A stretch of DNA of 60,159 bases, the filler included. It is 4 parts of 4 records of this genome, joined end to end, with 100 filler letters (N's around TTAATTAATTAA, not from the genome) between each part and the next. Parts side by side here need not be neighbours in the genome. Positions count along the whole stretch, not along the records: positions 1 to 11,086 come from DRR723986_5880; positions 11,187 to 25,993 come from DRR723986_5883; 2 more parts are not named here. One strand, written 5' to 3'. This document shows, one piece after another, positions 8,830 through 17,027 of this stretch. Every line of letters starts with the position of its first letter. Positions within the stretch are counted from its first letter, which is position 1. The translations under genes and the position numbers were made by a program. Below the pieces are notes generated by a model. It ran no database searches and had not been told where the DNA came from. It saw nothing but the letters and a program-made list of their open reading frames with translations.

Positions 8830-9840
8830 ATGAAAAAGACGATCACGGCCACCGCAGTGGCCGCCCTTACCGTTGGCTTCGCAGCCGAAGCCTTTGCCAC
8901 CGAATGGAACGTGTCGGTCTGGGGCGCGCGCCGTGCCTTCACCGAGCATGTGGAACGGCTGGCGGAACTGGTCGCAGAACGCTCCGGCGGCGAGTTCACC
9001 ATGAACATTTCCTATGGCGGCCTATCGGGCAACCGTGAGAACCTCGACGGCATCTCCATCGGGGCCTTCGAAATGGCCCAGTTCTGCGCCGGCTACCATG
9101 CCGACAAGAACCCCTCGATCACCGTGCTGGAACTGCCGTTCCTTGGCATGGGCTCGTTGGAGCAGGAGGCCGAGGTCTCCATGGCGCTCTATCAGCACCC
9201 CGCCGTTGTGGCCGATCTGGCCCGCTGGAATGCAACGCTGCTGATGCCTTCGCCGCTGCCGCAGTACAACTTCGTTGGCCGTGGTGACGCGCCCGCGTCG
9301 GTCGAGGATTTCGCCGGCATGGCCGTGCGGGCGACCGGCGGTATCGGCGCCGCAATGTCCGCGATTGGTGCGGTTCCGACCTCGATGACCGCGACCGAAG
9401 TGCGTCAGGCCATGGATAGCGGCGTTGTGCAGGCGGTCAGCTTTGCGCCCCACGCGCACATGTCCTTCGGCACCATCGAAAACGCCGAATGGTGGACCAC
9501 CAACCTCAATCCTGGCACCGTGAATTGCCCGGTCGTGGTGAACACTGACGCTCTGGATGCGCTTTCGGATGGCGAACGGGAAATCCTGATGGGTGCCGTG
9601 GACGAGGCGCTTCAGCACTATCTGGACTACTACAACGATCAGACCATGGCCGCCTGGGGCCCGGCGCTGGACGAACGCGGGATCGAGCGGATCACCTTCG
9701 GGGATGCAGAACTTGCCGCCTTCCGCGATGCCGCCGCCGCCCCCGCCGCCGCCGCATGGATCGAAGAGAACAACGCCCGCGGCCTGCCCGCGCAGGAGCT
9801 CTACGATTTCGTCACCGGCCTGATCGCCGAGGGCAACTGA
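8830..9840 (+). CDS. dctP: TRAP transporter substrate-binding protein (DctP family)
   Basis: Signal peptide (MKKTITATAVAAL...AFA), AELVAERSGGEF, LELPFL, conserved Arg in MAVRATG. RBS GGAGG. Confidence 0.9.
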   Translation: MKKTITATAVAALTVGFAAEAFATEWNVSVWGARRAFTEHVERLAELVAERSGGEFTMNISYGGLSGNRENLDGISIGAFEMAQFCAGYHADKNPSITVLELPFLGMGSLEQEAEVSMALYQHPAVVADLARWNATLLMPSPLPQYNFVGRGDAPASVEDFAGMAVRATGGIGAAMSAIGAVPTSMTATEVRQAMDSGVVQAVSFAPHAHMSFGTIENAEWWTTNLNPGTVNCPVVVNTDALDALSDGEREILMGAVDEALQHYLDYYNDQTMAAWGPALDERGIERITFGDAELAAFRDAAAAPAAAAWIEENNARGLPAQELYDFVTGLIAEGN

Positions 9841-9856
9841 GCCCGCGCGCCTGACG

Positions 9857-9893
9857 ACCCCGCCCGAATATCCTTCGGGCGGGGTTTTTCTTT
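9857..9893 (+). terminator. Intrinsic terminator / stabilising hairpin between dctP and dctQ
   Basis: ACCCCGCCCGAA-tatcc-TTCGGGCGGGGT followed by a T-run. Confidence 0.8.
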
Positions 9894-9922
9894 CGGGAAC
9901 ATCCATTCAAGGAGAGCCATAA

Positions 9923-10555
9923 ATGGCCGGAGCTTCCCTCGTGCTGTCGGATGACAGCCTTGTCAGTCGACTGGACCAATCCCTGCTGTGGCTGGAACGC
10001 AAGATGGCGCTGGTCAGCGGGCTGGCGGTTTTTTCGCTGATGATCCTTGCCGTGATCTCGGTCGGCGGGCGAAACTTCTTTTCGCAACCGATCCCCGGCT
10101 ACGTGGACTGGATCGAACAGGCCATGCCGCTGATTGCGATCATGGGCATCGCCTATACGCAACGCGAAGGCGGCCATATTCGCATGGATCTGCTGGTCGG
10201 CAACCTGCGCGGACGCCCCATGTGGGCGGCAGAGTTCGTCACGACACTGGCGATCCTGATCCTGATGGTCCTTCTGGTCTGGGGATCCTGGGCTCATTTC
10301 GAGCGCAGCTTCGATTTTGGCTCCCCGTGGTGGAGCCGTGACAGTTCCATGGATATCCGCCTGCCGCTCTGGCCCGCGAAACTTGTGGCGCCGGTGGCCT
10401 TCTTCGTTATCTGCCTGCGCCTCGGACTGCAATTGTTCGTCTATGGGCGGGCGCTGATCCGGGGCGAAGATCAACCCGTGGGGGTTCCGCTGCACGCGGA
10501 TGCCGCCACCCAAGCCGCGATGGAAGCCGCTCAGGTTTCCGGGCGCGACGACTGA
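9923..10555 (+). CDS. dctQ: TRAP transporter small permease
   Basis: 4 TM helices and the GGHIRMDLL signature. Confidence 0.9.
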   Translation: MAGASLVLSDDSLVSRLDQSLLWLERKMALVSGLAVFSLMILAVISVGGRNFFSQPIPGYVDWIEQAMPLIAIMGIAYTQREGGHIRMDLLVGNLRGRPMWAAEFVTTLAILILMVLLVWGSWAHFERSFDFGSPWWSRDSSMDIRLPLWPAKLVAPVAFFVICLRLGLQLFVYGRALIRGEDQPVGVPLHADAATQAAMEAAQVSGRDD

Positions 10556-10567
10556 GGGGGCGGACAG

Positions 10568-11086
10568 ATGGAACCTATTCAAATTGGCCTGATCGTTTCG
10601 GGCGGCATGTTGGTCCTCGTGGTTCTGGGGATGCGCGTGGCCTTCGCCGCTGGCCTCTCGGGCCTCTTCGGCCTGATCTGGATCTTCTGGAGCCGTCGGA
10701 GCTACGACCCCGAGGATTTCCTCTGGGCGCTGACAGTGGCCGTGAAAACGGCGGGGCAGGTGCCGCATTCGAAGATCTCCAGCCAGGCGCTCAGCCTGAT
10801 CCCCACCTTCATCCTGATTGGCTATCTCGCCTATCACGCGGGGCTGACCAAGGCGCTGTTCGAGGCCGCCAAACGCTGGTTTGCCTGGGTGCCGGGGGGG
10901 CTGGCCGTGTCGACCGTCTTCGCCACCGCAGGCTTTGCCGCCGTGTCGGGGGCATCCGTTGCCACCTCCGCCGTCTTTGCACGCATCGCGATCCCGGAAA
11001 TGCTGGCCGTGGGCTATGACAAGCGCTTTGCGGCGGGTGTCGTGGCGGCGGCGGGGACGCTGGCCTCGCTGATCCCGCCATCGGCC
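10568..11086 (+). CDS. dctM: TRAP transporter large permease, 3'-truncated by the contig end
   Basis: IPTFILIG, FAAVSGASVAT and AAGTLASLIPPS motifs. The ORF runs into the N linker. Confidence 0.9.
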
Positions 11087-11186
11087 NNNNNNNNNNNNNN
11101 NNNNNNNNNNNNNNNNNNNNNNNNNNNNNNTTAATTAATTAANNNNNNNNNNNNNNNNNNNNNNNNNNNNNNNNNNNNNNNNNNNN
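11087..11186. other. Artificial contig linker (N44-TTAATTAATTAA-N44)
   Basis: The core puts stops in all six frames. An identical 100-nt linker occurs three times. Confidence 0.97.
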
Positions 11187-11555
11187 GTTCAATTACTTCA
11201 CCGTTCAGACTGGAATTCTGCCCACTGAGTGTCATTCTGTGGACGCTGAAGATTTAGGTATTGAAACTTTGGGATTGGCAATTGGAAGTAACTTTTGCGT
11301 TCGGAGGCGATTTGACTTTTGTATAGCCCTGTTAGTAAATGCATATTCATTCACGGATTGTGCGCTCTCCGGCTCACGGTTTTACAATTTAAGCTTCTCT
11401 GAATTTCGGCGATGGCCTCCAGTTCTTCATGCCTTGTATCTCGCATGGCAATCCATGTCTTGACCACAACTGTACCGGTATTCTTAAGGAAAATATGTGT
11501 AATTCACTCTGCAATTGAAGAATCTGCAACTCACCAAATTGTAGGAATCTTTGTC

Positions 11556-12857
11556 ATGTTAAAATTTTCAGGGCTGCTCTTGGCGCTCGCGCTACTGAGC
11601 CAAACTCAATCCGCAGTTGCGCAGGACACGCTCTTTAGCATCACACATGATGACGTGCGCAACCTACGCTATCTGCAGTATCGTAATGTCTTTGACTATT
11701 CCGGAGTTGATTACCGGATTGGTGAGTTCAGGCTAAAAAATTCAGAAGGCATGCAGCGCATTAAATTCGCTTCATGGCCGAGTCAGAAATCAGTCATTCA
11801 CGGAAGTCCCGTCCAGGGAGTTGACCACTCGCTGCTTCCCGCCGGCCGTTCGGAAGATTTCACGATTAATGGGCCGGAGCCAAACACGCTCGAATTTTTT
11901 CGCGAAGTCGGCCTGTTTGCGCCGTCAAACGCATTTCCAGACCTTCCACCCAAAAATGAAGAACCCGGCTACGTGCCAACTCCATGGGATGTGTTGGATC
12001 TCAGTGAATGGGTCGTTCGTGTGCTGCGTAGCAGTGATGATGAACACCTGTTTACGCTCGACAGTGCCGGCGTAGCTGCACATAGCGATCCGCAGCAGGA
12101 GGCCCGCTACGGTACAAGTTCTACAAAAGTCAAACATGCTGTAGCGTTGCCACAGAGCCTGATTGGAGAGAATGTTTATCTGCAGATAGTGCCCAAACGT
12201 GTTGGTCCAACAGCCTTTGGGATGCACATATTCGAGCTCTACAATTGGGTGAACTATTCACTTACCTACAATGACTACGGCGGACGCATTGGCAATGACG
12301 CAGCGTTGCGCCAGGTCTACTACGACAAAGTCGTCGAACATTTTGATGCCGTTAAAATTGCGACGGGGTGGATTCCGCAAACACGTTATCTGCAGTTAAC
12401 AGACGAACAGTACAAGGATTTGGAGCGCCGCTACATGGATCCTCAGGTTGAAGGCGGTGACACCTTGTGGTATGAACACAATACCAGGCCGCAATCAGTC
12501 ATTAGCCGGACGCCTCAAGCGGACGGCTCCATGCTGGAAAAAGTTGTTGAAATTTCGACGATCAGTATTCGAAACCTCTCTCCACAGCCCTTAAGTGGCA
12601 AGTGCCTGACCGTTGAACTTGAAGTAATGCAGGCGATGACGGTGACACTGGAACTGGCAAACATCGCCGGGCGCAGACTGCAGGAATTATGGCAGGGGCC
12701 GCTGGTGGCGGGAAAGCACAAAATTGCCGTAGAGCTGGATAGCACCGATCTGGCTGGCGATCTGGCTGGCGATCTGGCCGCCGCTACCTATTTGCTGATG
12801 GCACGTAGCGCCGATGGTGGATCCGCAGCTGGTAGTCCACTGCAGATAAATCCCTAA
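11556..12857 (+). CDS. Secreted hypothetical protein with possible C-terminal T9SS/FlgD-like sorting domain
   Basis: Signal peptide MLKFSGLLLALALLSQTQSAVA-Q. C-terminal pattern (SPQP...VTLELANIAGRRL...LVAGKHKI...DLAAATYLL) resembles a type A sorting domain. Confidence 0.65.
   Translation: MLKFSGLLLALALLSQTQSAVAQDTLFSITHDDVRNLRYLQYRNVFDYSGVDYRIGEFRLKNSEGMQRIKFASWPSQKSVIHGSPVQGVDHSLLPAGRSEDFTINGPEPNTLEFFREVGLFAPSNAFPDLPPKNEEPGYVPTPWDVLDLSEWVVRVLRSSDDEHLFTLDSAGVAAHSDPQQEARYGTSSTKVKHAVALPQSLIGENVYLQIVPKRVGPTAFGMHIFELYNWVNYSLTYNDYGGRIGNDAALRQVYYDKVVEHFDAVKIATGWIPQTRYLQLTDEQYKDLERRYMDPQVEGGDTLWYEHNTRPQSVISRTPQADGSMLEKVVEISTISIRNLSPQPLSGKCLTVELEVMQAMTVTLELANIAGRRLQELWQGPLVAGKHKIAVELDSTDLAGDLAGDLAAATYLLMARSADGGSAAGSPLQINP
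12747..12778 (+). repeat. In-frame 12-bp tandem repeat GATCTGGCTGGC x2.7 (DLAG-DLAG-DLA)
   Basis: Read directly from the sequence. Confidence 0.85.
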
Positions 12858-12978
12858 GGAATGCCACTGGCGGGTCTGAATCGAATCTGAATCTGGACTG
12901 CAGGCATGTGTGGTGCCGTGACTTGTGGCGGTCTCAAATACTTGTGTCTTCCGGCCCGGTGCAAAACAAGAAGCTCAT

Positions 12979-13018
12979 AAAAACAAAACAGGCCACTTCC
13001 CAAAAGAAGCAGCCTGTT
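12979..13018 (-). terminator. Intrinsic terminator of the metK-ahcY operon
   Basis: Minus strand AACAGGCTGCTTC-ttttgg-GAAGTGGCCTGTT followed by TTGTTTTT. Confidence 0.8.
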
Positions 13019-13065
13019 GAAGTTGATCTTATCAGATGCCTAAACATCCAGAAGCATTACGCTAA

Positions 13066-14436
13066 TCAGGTTCCGGCGTTGTAGTCGGTGATGTAGCGTT
13101 CCTGCTCTTCAGTCAGCGTGTCGATTTCCGTGCCCAGTGTTTTGAGCTTGGTCTGTGCGATGTACTGATCCTGCTCGACAGGAATGTCCAGAACTTCGAT
13201 CGGGAATTTCTCGCCACGAGTGTGTGCCTCAGCAAGGCGCAGATGTGACATGAATTGGTTGGCGAAGGACATGTCCATTACTTCTGATGGGTGACCTTCG
13301 GCAGCGGCCAGGTTTACGAGGCGACCTTCGGCCAGAACGTAAATTTTCTTGCCGTCAGGGAAGGTGTACTCTTCGCAGTTTTGGCGGATTGTACGCTTGT
13401 TCGTTGTAATTTCTTCGAGCTCTTTGATGTTGATTTCAGCATCGTAGTGGCCCGTGTTACAAACGATTGCACCATCGCGCATAGCTTCGAAGTGACGCTT
13501 GCGGATAACGTCTTTTACGCCGGTAGCCGTACAGAAGATATCACCAACGGCAGCGGCTCTGTCCATCGACATAACGTCATAACCTTCGAGCGTGCCTTTG
13601 AGGGCTGCCGTGGCTTTGACTTCAGTGATGATTACGTCGGCACCCAAACCGGAAGCGCGTTTAGCAACACCGGAACCGCAGTGGCCATGACCGGCAACGA
13701 CAAATTTCTTGCCGGCGATCATAACGGATGTGGCGCGGATGATACCATCAATCGTTGATTGACCTGTACCATAAACGTTGTCAAAGTCCCACTTGGTCTC
13801 TGCATCATTAACAGCGATAACTGGGTAGTAGAGTTTGCCGGCTTCGGAGCGTGCACGCAGGCGTTGGATGCCTGTTGTTGTTTCTTCCGTACCACCAATA
13901 ACGCGATTTTGTGCGTAGTCGATGTGTTTTTCGTGAACTGTGTTGATCAGGTCACAACCATCATCTAGTGTCAATTCCGGCTCACAATCGATTGTACGGT
14001 CGATGCACCAGTAAAAGTCTGGGCCGTTACCGTACCAGGCGTAGATCGAGATACCTTCGTCGGCCAGAGCGGCGGCGACGGCGTCATGTGTCGAAAGCGG
14101 GTTACAGCCTGACCAGGTGACTTTGGCACCGGCAGCAGCCAGCGTGCGGATCAGGACAGCTGTTTCTTTAGTTACGTGCAGGCAACCTGCGATTGTCAGG
14201 CCTTTGAGAGGCTGAGAATCTTTGTATTTTTCGCGCAAGGTCATAAGAACCGGCATGCGCGATTCGGCCCAATCGATCAGGCGGCGGCCTTCGTCGGCCA
14301 TGCTGATGTCACGGACGCAATACTGACCTTCCACTTCGCTGAACGAACCTTGCTCCGTGCGCGCTGGGATGACGTCTGGTTTGACTGAAACGCCATTGGA
14401 ATTAACGGCGGCCGATGTGTTCGTATCTGAACTCAT
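13066..14436 (-). CDS. ahcY: Adenosylhomocysteinase (SAH hydrolase)
   Basis: GCLHVTKET, SGCNPLST, LDDGCD, EETTTG, FDNVYGTGQS, EGRLVNL and GHPSEVMDMSFANQ motifs. Confidence 0.96.
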   Translation of the reverse strand: MSSDTNTSAAVNSNGVSVKPDVIPARTEQGSFSEVEGQYCVRDISMADEGRRLIDWAESRMPVLMTLREKYKDSQPLKGLTIAGCLHVTKETAVLIRTLAAAGAKVTWSGCNPLSTHDAVAAALADEGISIYAWYGNGPDFYWCIDRTIDCEPELTLDDGCDLINTVHEKHIDYAQNRVIGGTEETTTGIQRLRARSEAGKLYYPVIAVNDAETKWDFDNVYGTGQSTIDGIIRATSVMIAGKKFVVAGHGHCGSGVAKRASGLGADVIITEVKATAALKGTLEGYDVMSMDRAAAVGDIFCTATGVKDVIRKRHFEAMRDGAIVCNTGHYDAEINIKELEEITTNKRTIRQNCEEYTFPDGKKIYVLAEGRLVNLAAAEGHPSEVMDMSFANQFMSHLRLAEAHTRGEKFPIEVLDIPVEQDQYIAQTKLKTLGTEIDTLTEEQERYITDYNAGT

Positions 14437-14560
14437 ACCTTTTCTACTCCGAAATAAGTTTGATGATAAGCTTGTAAGTCTTCTTCCTTCCGATCGCATG
14501 CCCGCTCAATCGCGCCGACACGTCCCCGATCAGTTTTACTAAGGGTTTAGCCTTAGACGA

Positions 14561-15706
14561 TCAACCGATCGGAATCAATGCCTTAAAAGTGTCTACTAAG
14601 TCAAGTTTTTCCCAGGGGAACTCTTCGCGACCAAAGTGACCGTAGGCTGCAGAGGCGCGATAAATTGGCTGGGCCAGGTTCAGGCGCTTGATAATGCCGG
14701 CGGGTGAGAGGTCAATACCTTTCATGGCCTCACTGATTTTCTGGTCGCTGACTTTGCCGGTGCCATGTGTATCTACAAAGATTGATACTGGCTCAGGAAC
14801 GCCGATAGCGTAGGACAGCTGAATCGTGCATTCGTCCGCCAATCCCGCAGCCACAACGTTTTTAGCCAGGTGGCGCGCAGCATACGCCGCCGAGCGATCA
14901 ACCTTGGTTGGATCTTTGCCCGAAAATGCACCGCCGCCATGTGGGGCCTTACCGCCGTAGGTATCTACGATAATTTTGCGGCCGGTCAGGCCCGTATCGC
15001 CATGTGGACCGCCAATCACAAAGGTGCCGGTCGGGTTGACGTGGAATTTTGTATTGTCGTCGAGCCATTCTGCCGGAATTACCTGGCTGGTGACGTGCGT
15101 TTTTACATCATGTTCGATTTGCTCCGAGCTAATGCCGGGATCGTGTTGTGTCGAAACAACAACGGCATCGACGCGTTTGATGCTACCGTCATCATTATAT
15201 TCAAGAGTTACCTGTGACTTCGAGTCGGGGCGCAGGTAGGGCATCGGGCCGTCAGCCCCAAGCCGCCGAATATCCGCAAGTTTCTTTACTATCCAATGCG
15301 AATACATCAGTGCCGCCGGCATCAGTTCAGGCGTCTCACGGCAGGCATATCCAAACATCATACCCTGATCACCAGCTCCACCGCCATCAACGCCTTGCGC
15401 AATGTCAGGTGACTGCTTATTAATCACGTTGACAACCGCGCAGGAGTCACCGTCAAAACGATACTCAGCTTTGGTATATCCGATGTCTTTGATGACCGAA
15501 CGAACCAGTTCCTGGATGTCGACGTAGATTTCAGTTGTAATTTCACCGCCAACTACAATCAGGCCCGTCGCCGCATAACATTCACATGCTACACGTGCAG
15601 TGGGATCTTCAGTCAACACAGCGTCGAGCACCGCGTCTGAAACCTGATCACAAATTTTGTCGGGATGGCCCTCTGAGACGGATTCGGAAGTGAAAAAGTA
15701 AGACAT
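14561..15706 (-). CDS. metK: Methionine adenosyltransferase
   Basis: [46 protein letters not shown] and YGHFGR motifs. Confidence 0.98.
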   Translation of the reverse strand: MSYFFTSESVSEGHPDKICDQVSDAVLDAVLTEDPTARVACECYAATGLIVVGGEITTEIYVDIQELVRSVIKDIGYTKAEYRFDGDSCAVVNVINKQSPDIAQGVDGGGAGDQGMMFGYACRETPELMPAALMYSHWIVKKLADIRRLGADGPMPYLRPDSKSQVTLEYNDDGSIKRVDAVVVSTQHDPGISSEQIEHDVKTHVTSQVIPAEWLDDNTKFHVNPTGTFVIGGPHGDTGLTGRKIIVDTYGGKAPHGGGAFSGKDPTKVDRSAAYAARHLAKNVVAAGLADECTIQLSYAIGVPEPVSIFVDTHGTGKVSDQKISEAMKGIDLSPAGIIKRLNLAQPIYRASAAYGHFGREEFPWEKLDLVDTFKALIPIG

Positions 15707-15758
15707 TCGTGCGTATCCCGCCGATTAAGTTTGAGTTCTAGGGAAGCATCGTCCGGGC

Positions 15759-16742
15759 TTATCGCGAAAAGTCGATTTCGCTGGAGTCGCCCACGCTCAG
15801 GCGATTGGCGCCGCCGCGTAGGAAAGCCTTATTGCCGATGATCGATTCGTCCAGGACAACGCTCTGCACGCGTGCTTCACTGCCGACGATCGAATTGCGG
15901 ATTATACTGTTGTCAACGACTGCGCCGTCGGCAACTGTGGCGAATGGACCAATAACAGAATTTTTTATCACCGCCGTAGGCGCGATGTATGCCGGAGGGC
16001 GAATGATGCAGCCTTCATGTGCGGTCCCTCCGTTTTGCTGCTGCTCCAGGAGGTGTCTGTTGGTAGCCAGCAGTGTTTCCGGCTTACCGCAGTCAAACCA
16101 GCCATCGACCTCAAATGTTCCAAACTTGGCACCGCGGTCTATCATAACCTGCAGCGCGTCCGTCAGCTGATACTCGCCACGTGTGCGGATATCATTGTTG
16201 ATAATATGGTTGAGGCTGTCAACCAGCAGCTGGGTTTCACGCACATAATAGAGGCCAACCAGCGCAAGATTTGACGTCGGGACTTCCGGTTTTTCAATCA
16301 ACTTGCTTACCGTTCCGTCCGCGTTCTGCTCGGCAACACCAAACCTGCGCGGGTCTTCCACGCGTTTGACGCCCAGAGAGCTGAACTCGTTTTTGAGGAC
16401 TGGTTCGAAGTCAACATCAAAAATTGTGTCACCCAAAATGATCAGCAGGGGCTCATCATCAAACGTCTCGCGCGCCATCCAGATCGAGTGGCCCAGGCCG
16501 CGGCGTTCTTCCTGAACGATAAAGGTCACGTCCAGGTCGTAATGTTCGCTTACATACTTTTCTACCAATGAGCGCAGGTATCCAACTACAATGGTGCATT
16601 CGCGGATTCCGCGTTCGACCAATTTGTCCAGGATATGGCCCAGAATAGGTTTTCCCGCTACGTTGAGCAGGACTTTAGGCAGTGTATGCGTGTGGGGTCT
16701 AAGTCGCGTTCCTATTCCAGCGACGGGAATTACGGCTCTCAT
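15759..16742 (-). CDS. Sugar-phosphate nucleotidyltransferase (long-form glucose-1-phosphate thymidylyltransferase-like, C-terminal left-handed beta helix)
   Basis: VAGIGTRLRPHT..PK, EKP, GEYQLTDA, WFDCG motifs and a hexapeptide-repeat tail. Confidence 0.88.
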   Translation of the reverse strand: MRAVIPVAGIGTRLRPHTHTLPKVLLNVAGKPILGHILDKLVERGIRECTIVVGYLRSLVEKYVSEHYDLDVTFIVQEERRGLGHSIWMARETFDDEPLLIILGDTIFDVDFEPVLKNEFSSLGVKRVEDPRRFGVAEQNADGTVSKLIEKPEVPTSNLALVGLYYVRETQLLVDSLNHIINNDIRTRGEYQLTDALQVMIDRGAKFGTFEVDGWFDCGKPETLLATNRHLLEQQQNGGTAHEGCIIRPPAYIAPTAVIKNSVIGPFATVADGAVVDNSIIRNSIVGSEARVQSVVLDESIIGNKAFLRGGANRLSVGDSSEIDFSR

Positions 16743-16877
16743 TCACTATCGGGGAATAGTCATAAAATTTGCCCTATAGAACGGCTAATATACGGATTTT
16801 GCGTCGATTGCTGAAATCTGCCAGGCATTCTACTGACCTTTTACTGCCGGGTTGGAGGCTGCCGTTTGTTGTGTGCA

Positions 16878-16920
16878 TAAAAAAAGCAGACGCCCCGCCC
16901 TGCGGAAACGCCTGCTTTTT
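16878..16920 (-). terminator. Intrinsic terminator downstream of the RND operon
   Basis: Minus strand AAGCAGGCGTTTCCGC-agg-GCGGGGCGTCTGCTT followed by a T-run. A/T runs occur on both sides. Confidence 0.75.
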
Positions 16921-17027
16921 CCTTAGCCTTTTTATGTTTTGCACTGGGCCGTCAGCCCGGCGCAATTGATGCGACGAGCAATGACCCTTGCGGACCGGTC
17001 AGCGATTTACTGGCGATTTGCTGGCGA

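Noticed and set aside
11131-11142. TTAATTAATTAA as a biological repeat or regulatory site
   Set aside because: Sits in the middle of N runs identically three times, so it is an assembly linker.
11187-11555. ORF 11239-11463 and the upstream extension of the 11412 ORF
   Set aside because: No motifs, and the signal peptide of the downstream protein starts at 11556.
14437-14560. Possible SAH/SAM riboswitch between metK and ahcY
   Set aside because: Only a short CTAAGG/CCTTAG hairpin is present. I see no SAH (GAGGAGCG...GCCAGGC) or SAM-I/II core motifs. An Rfam scan would settle it.
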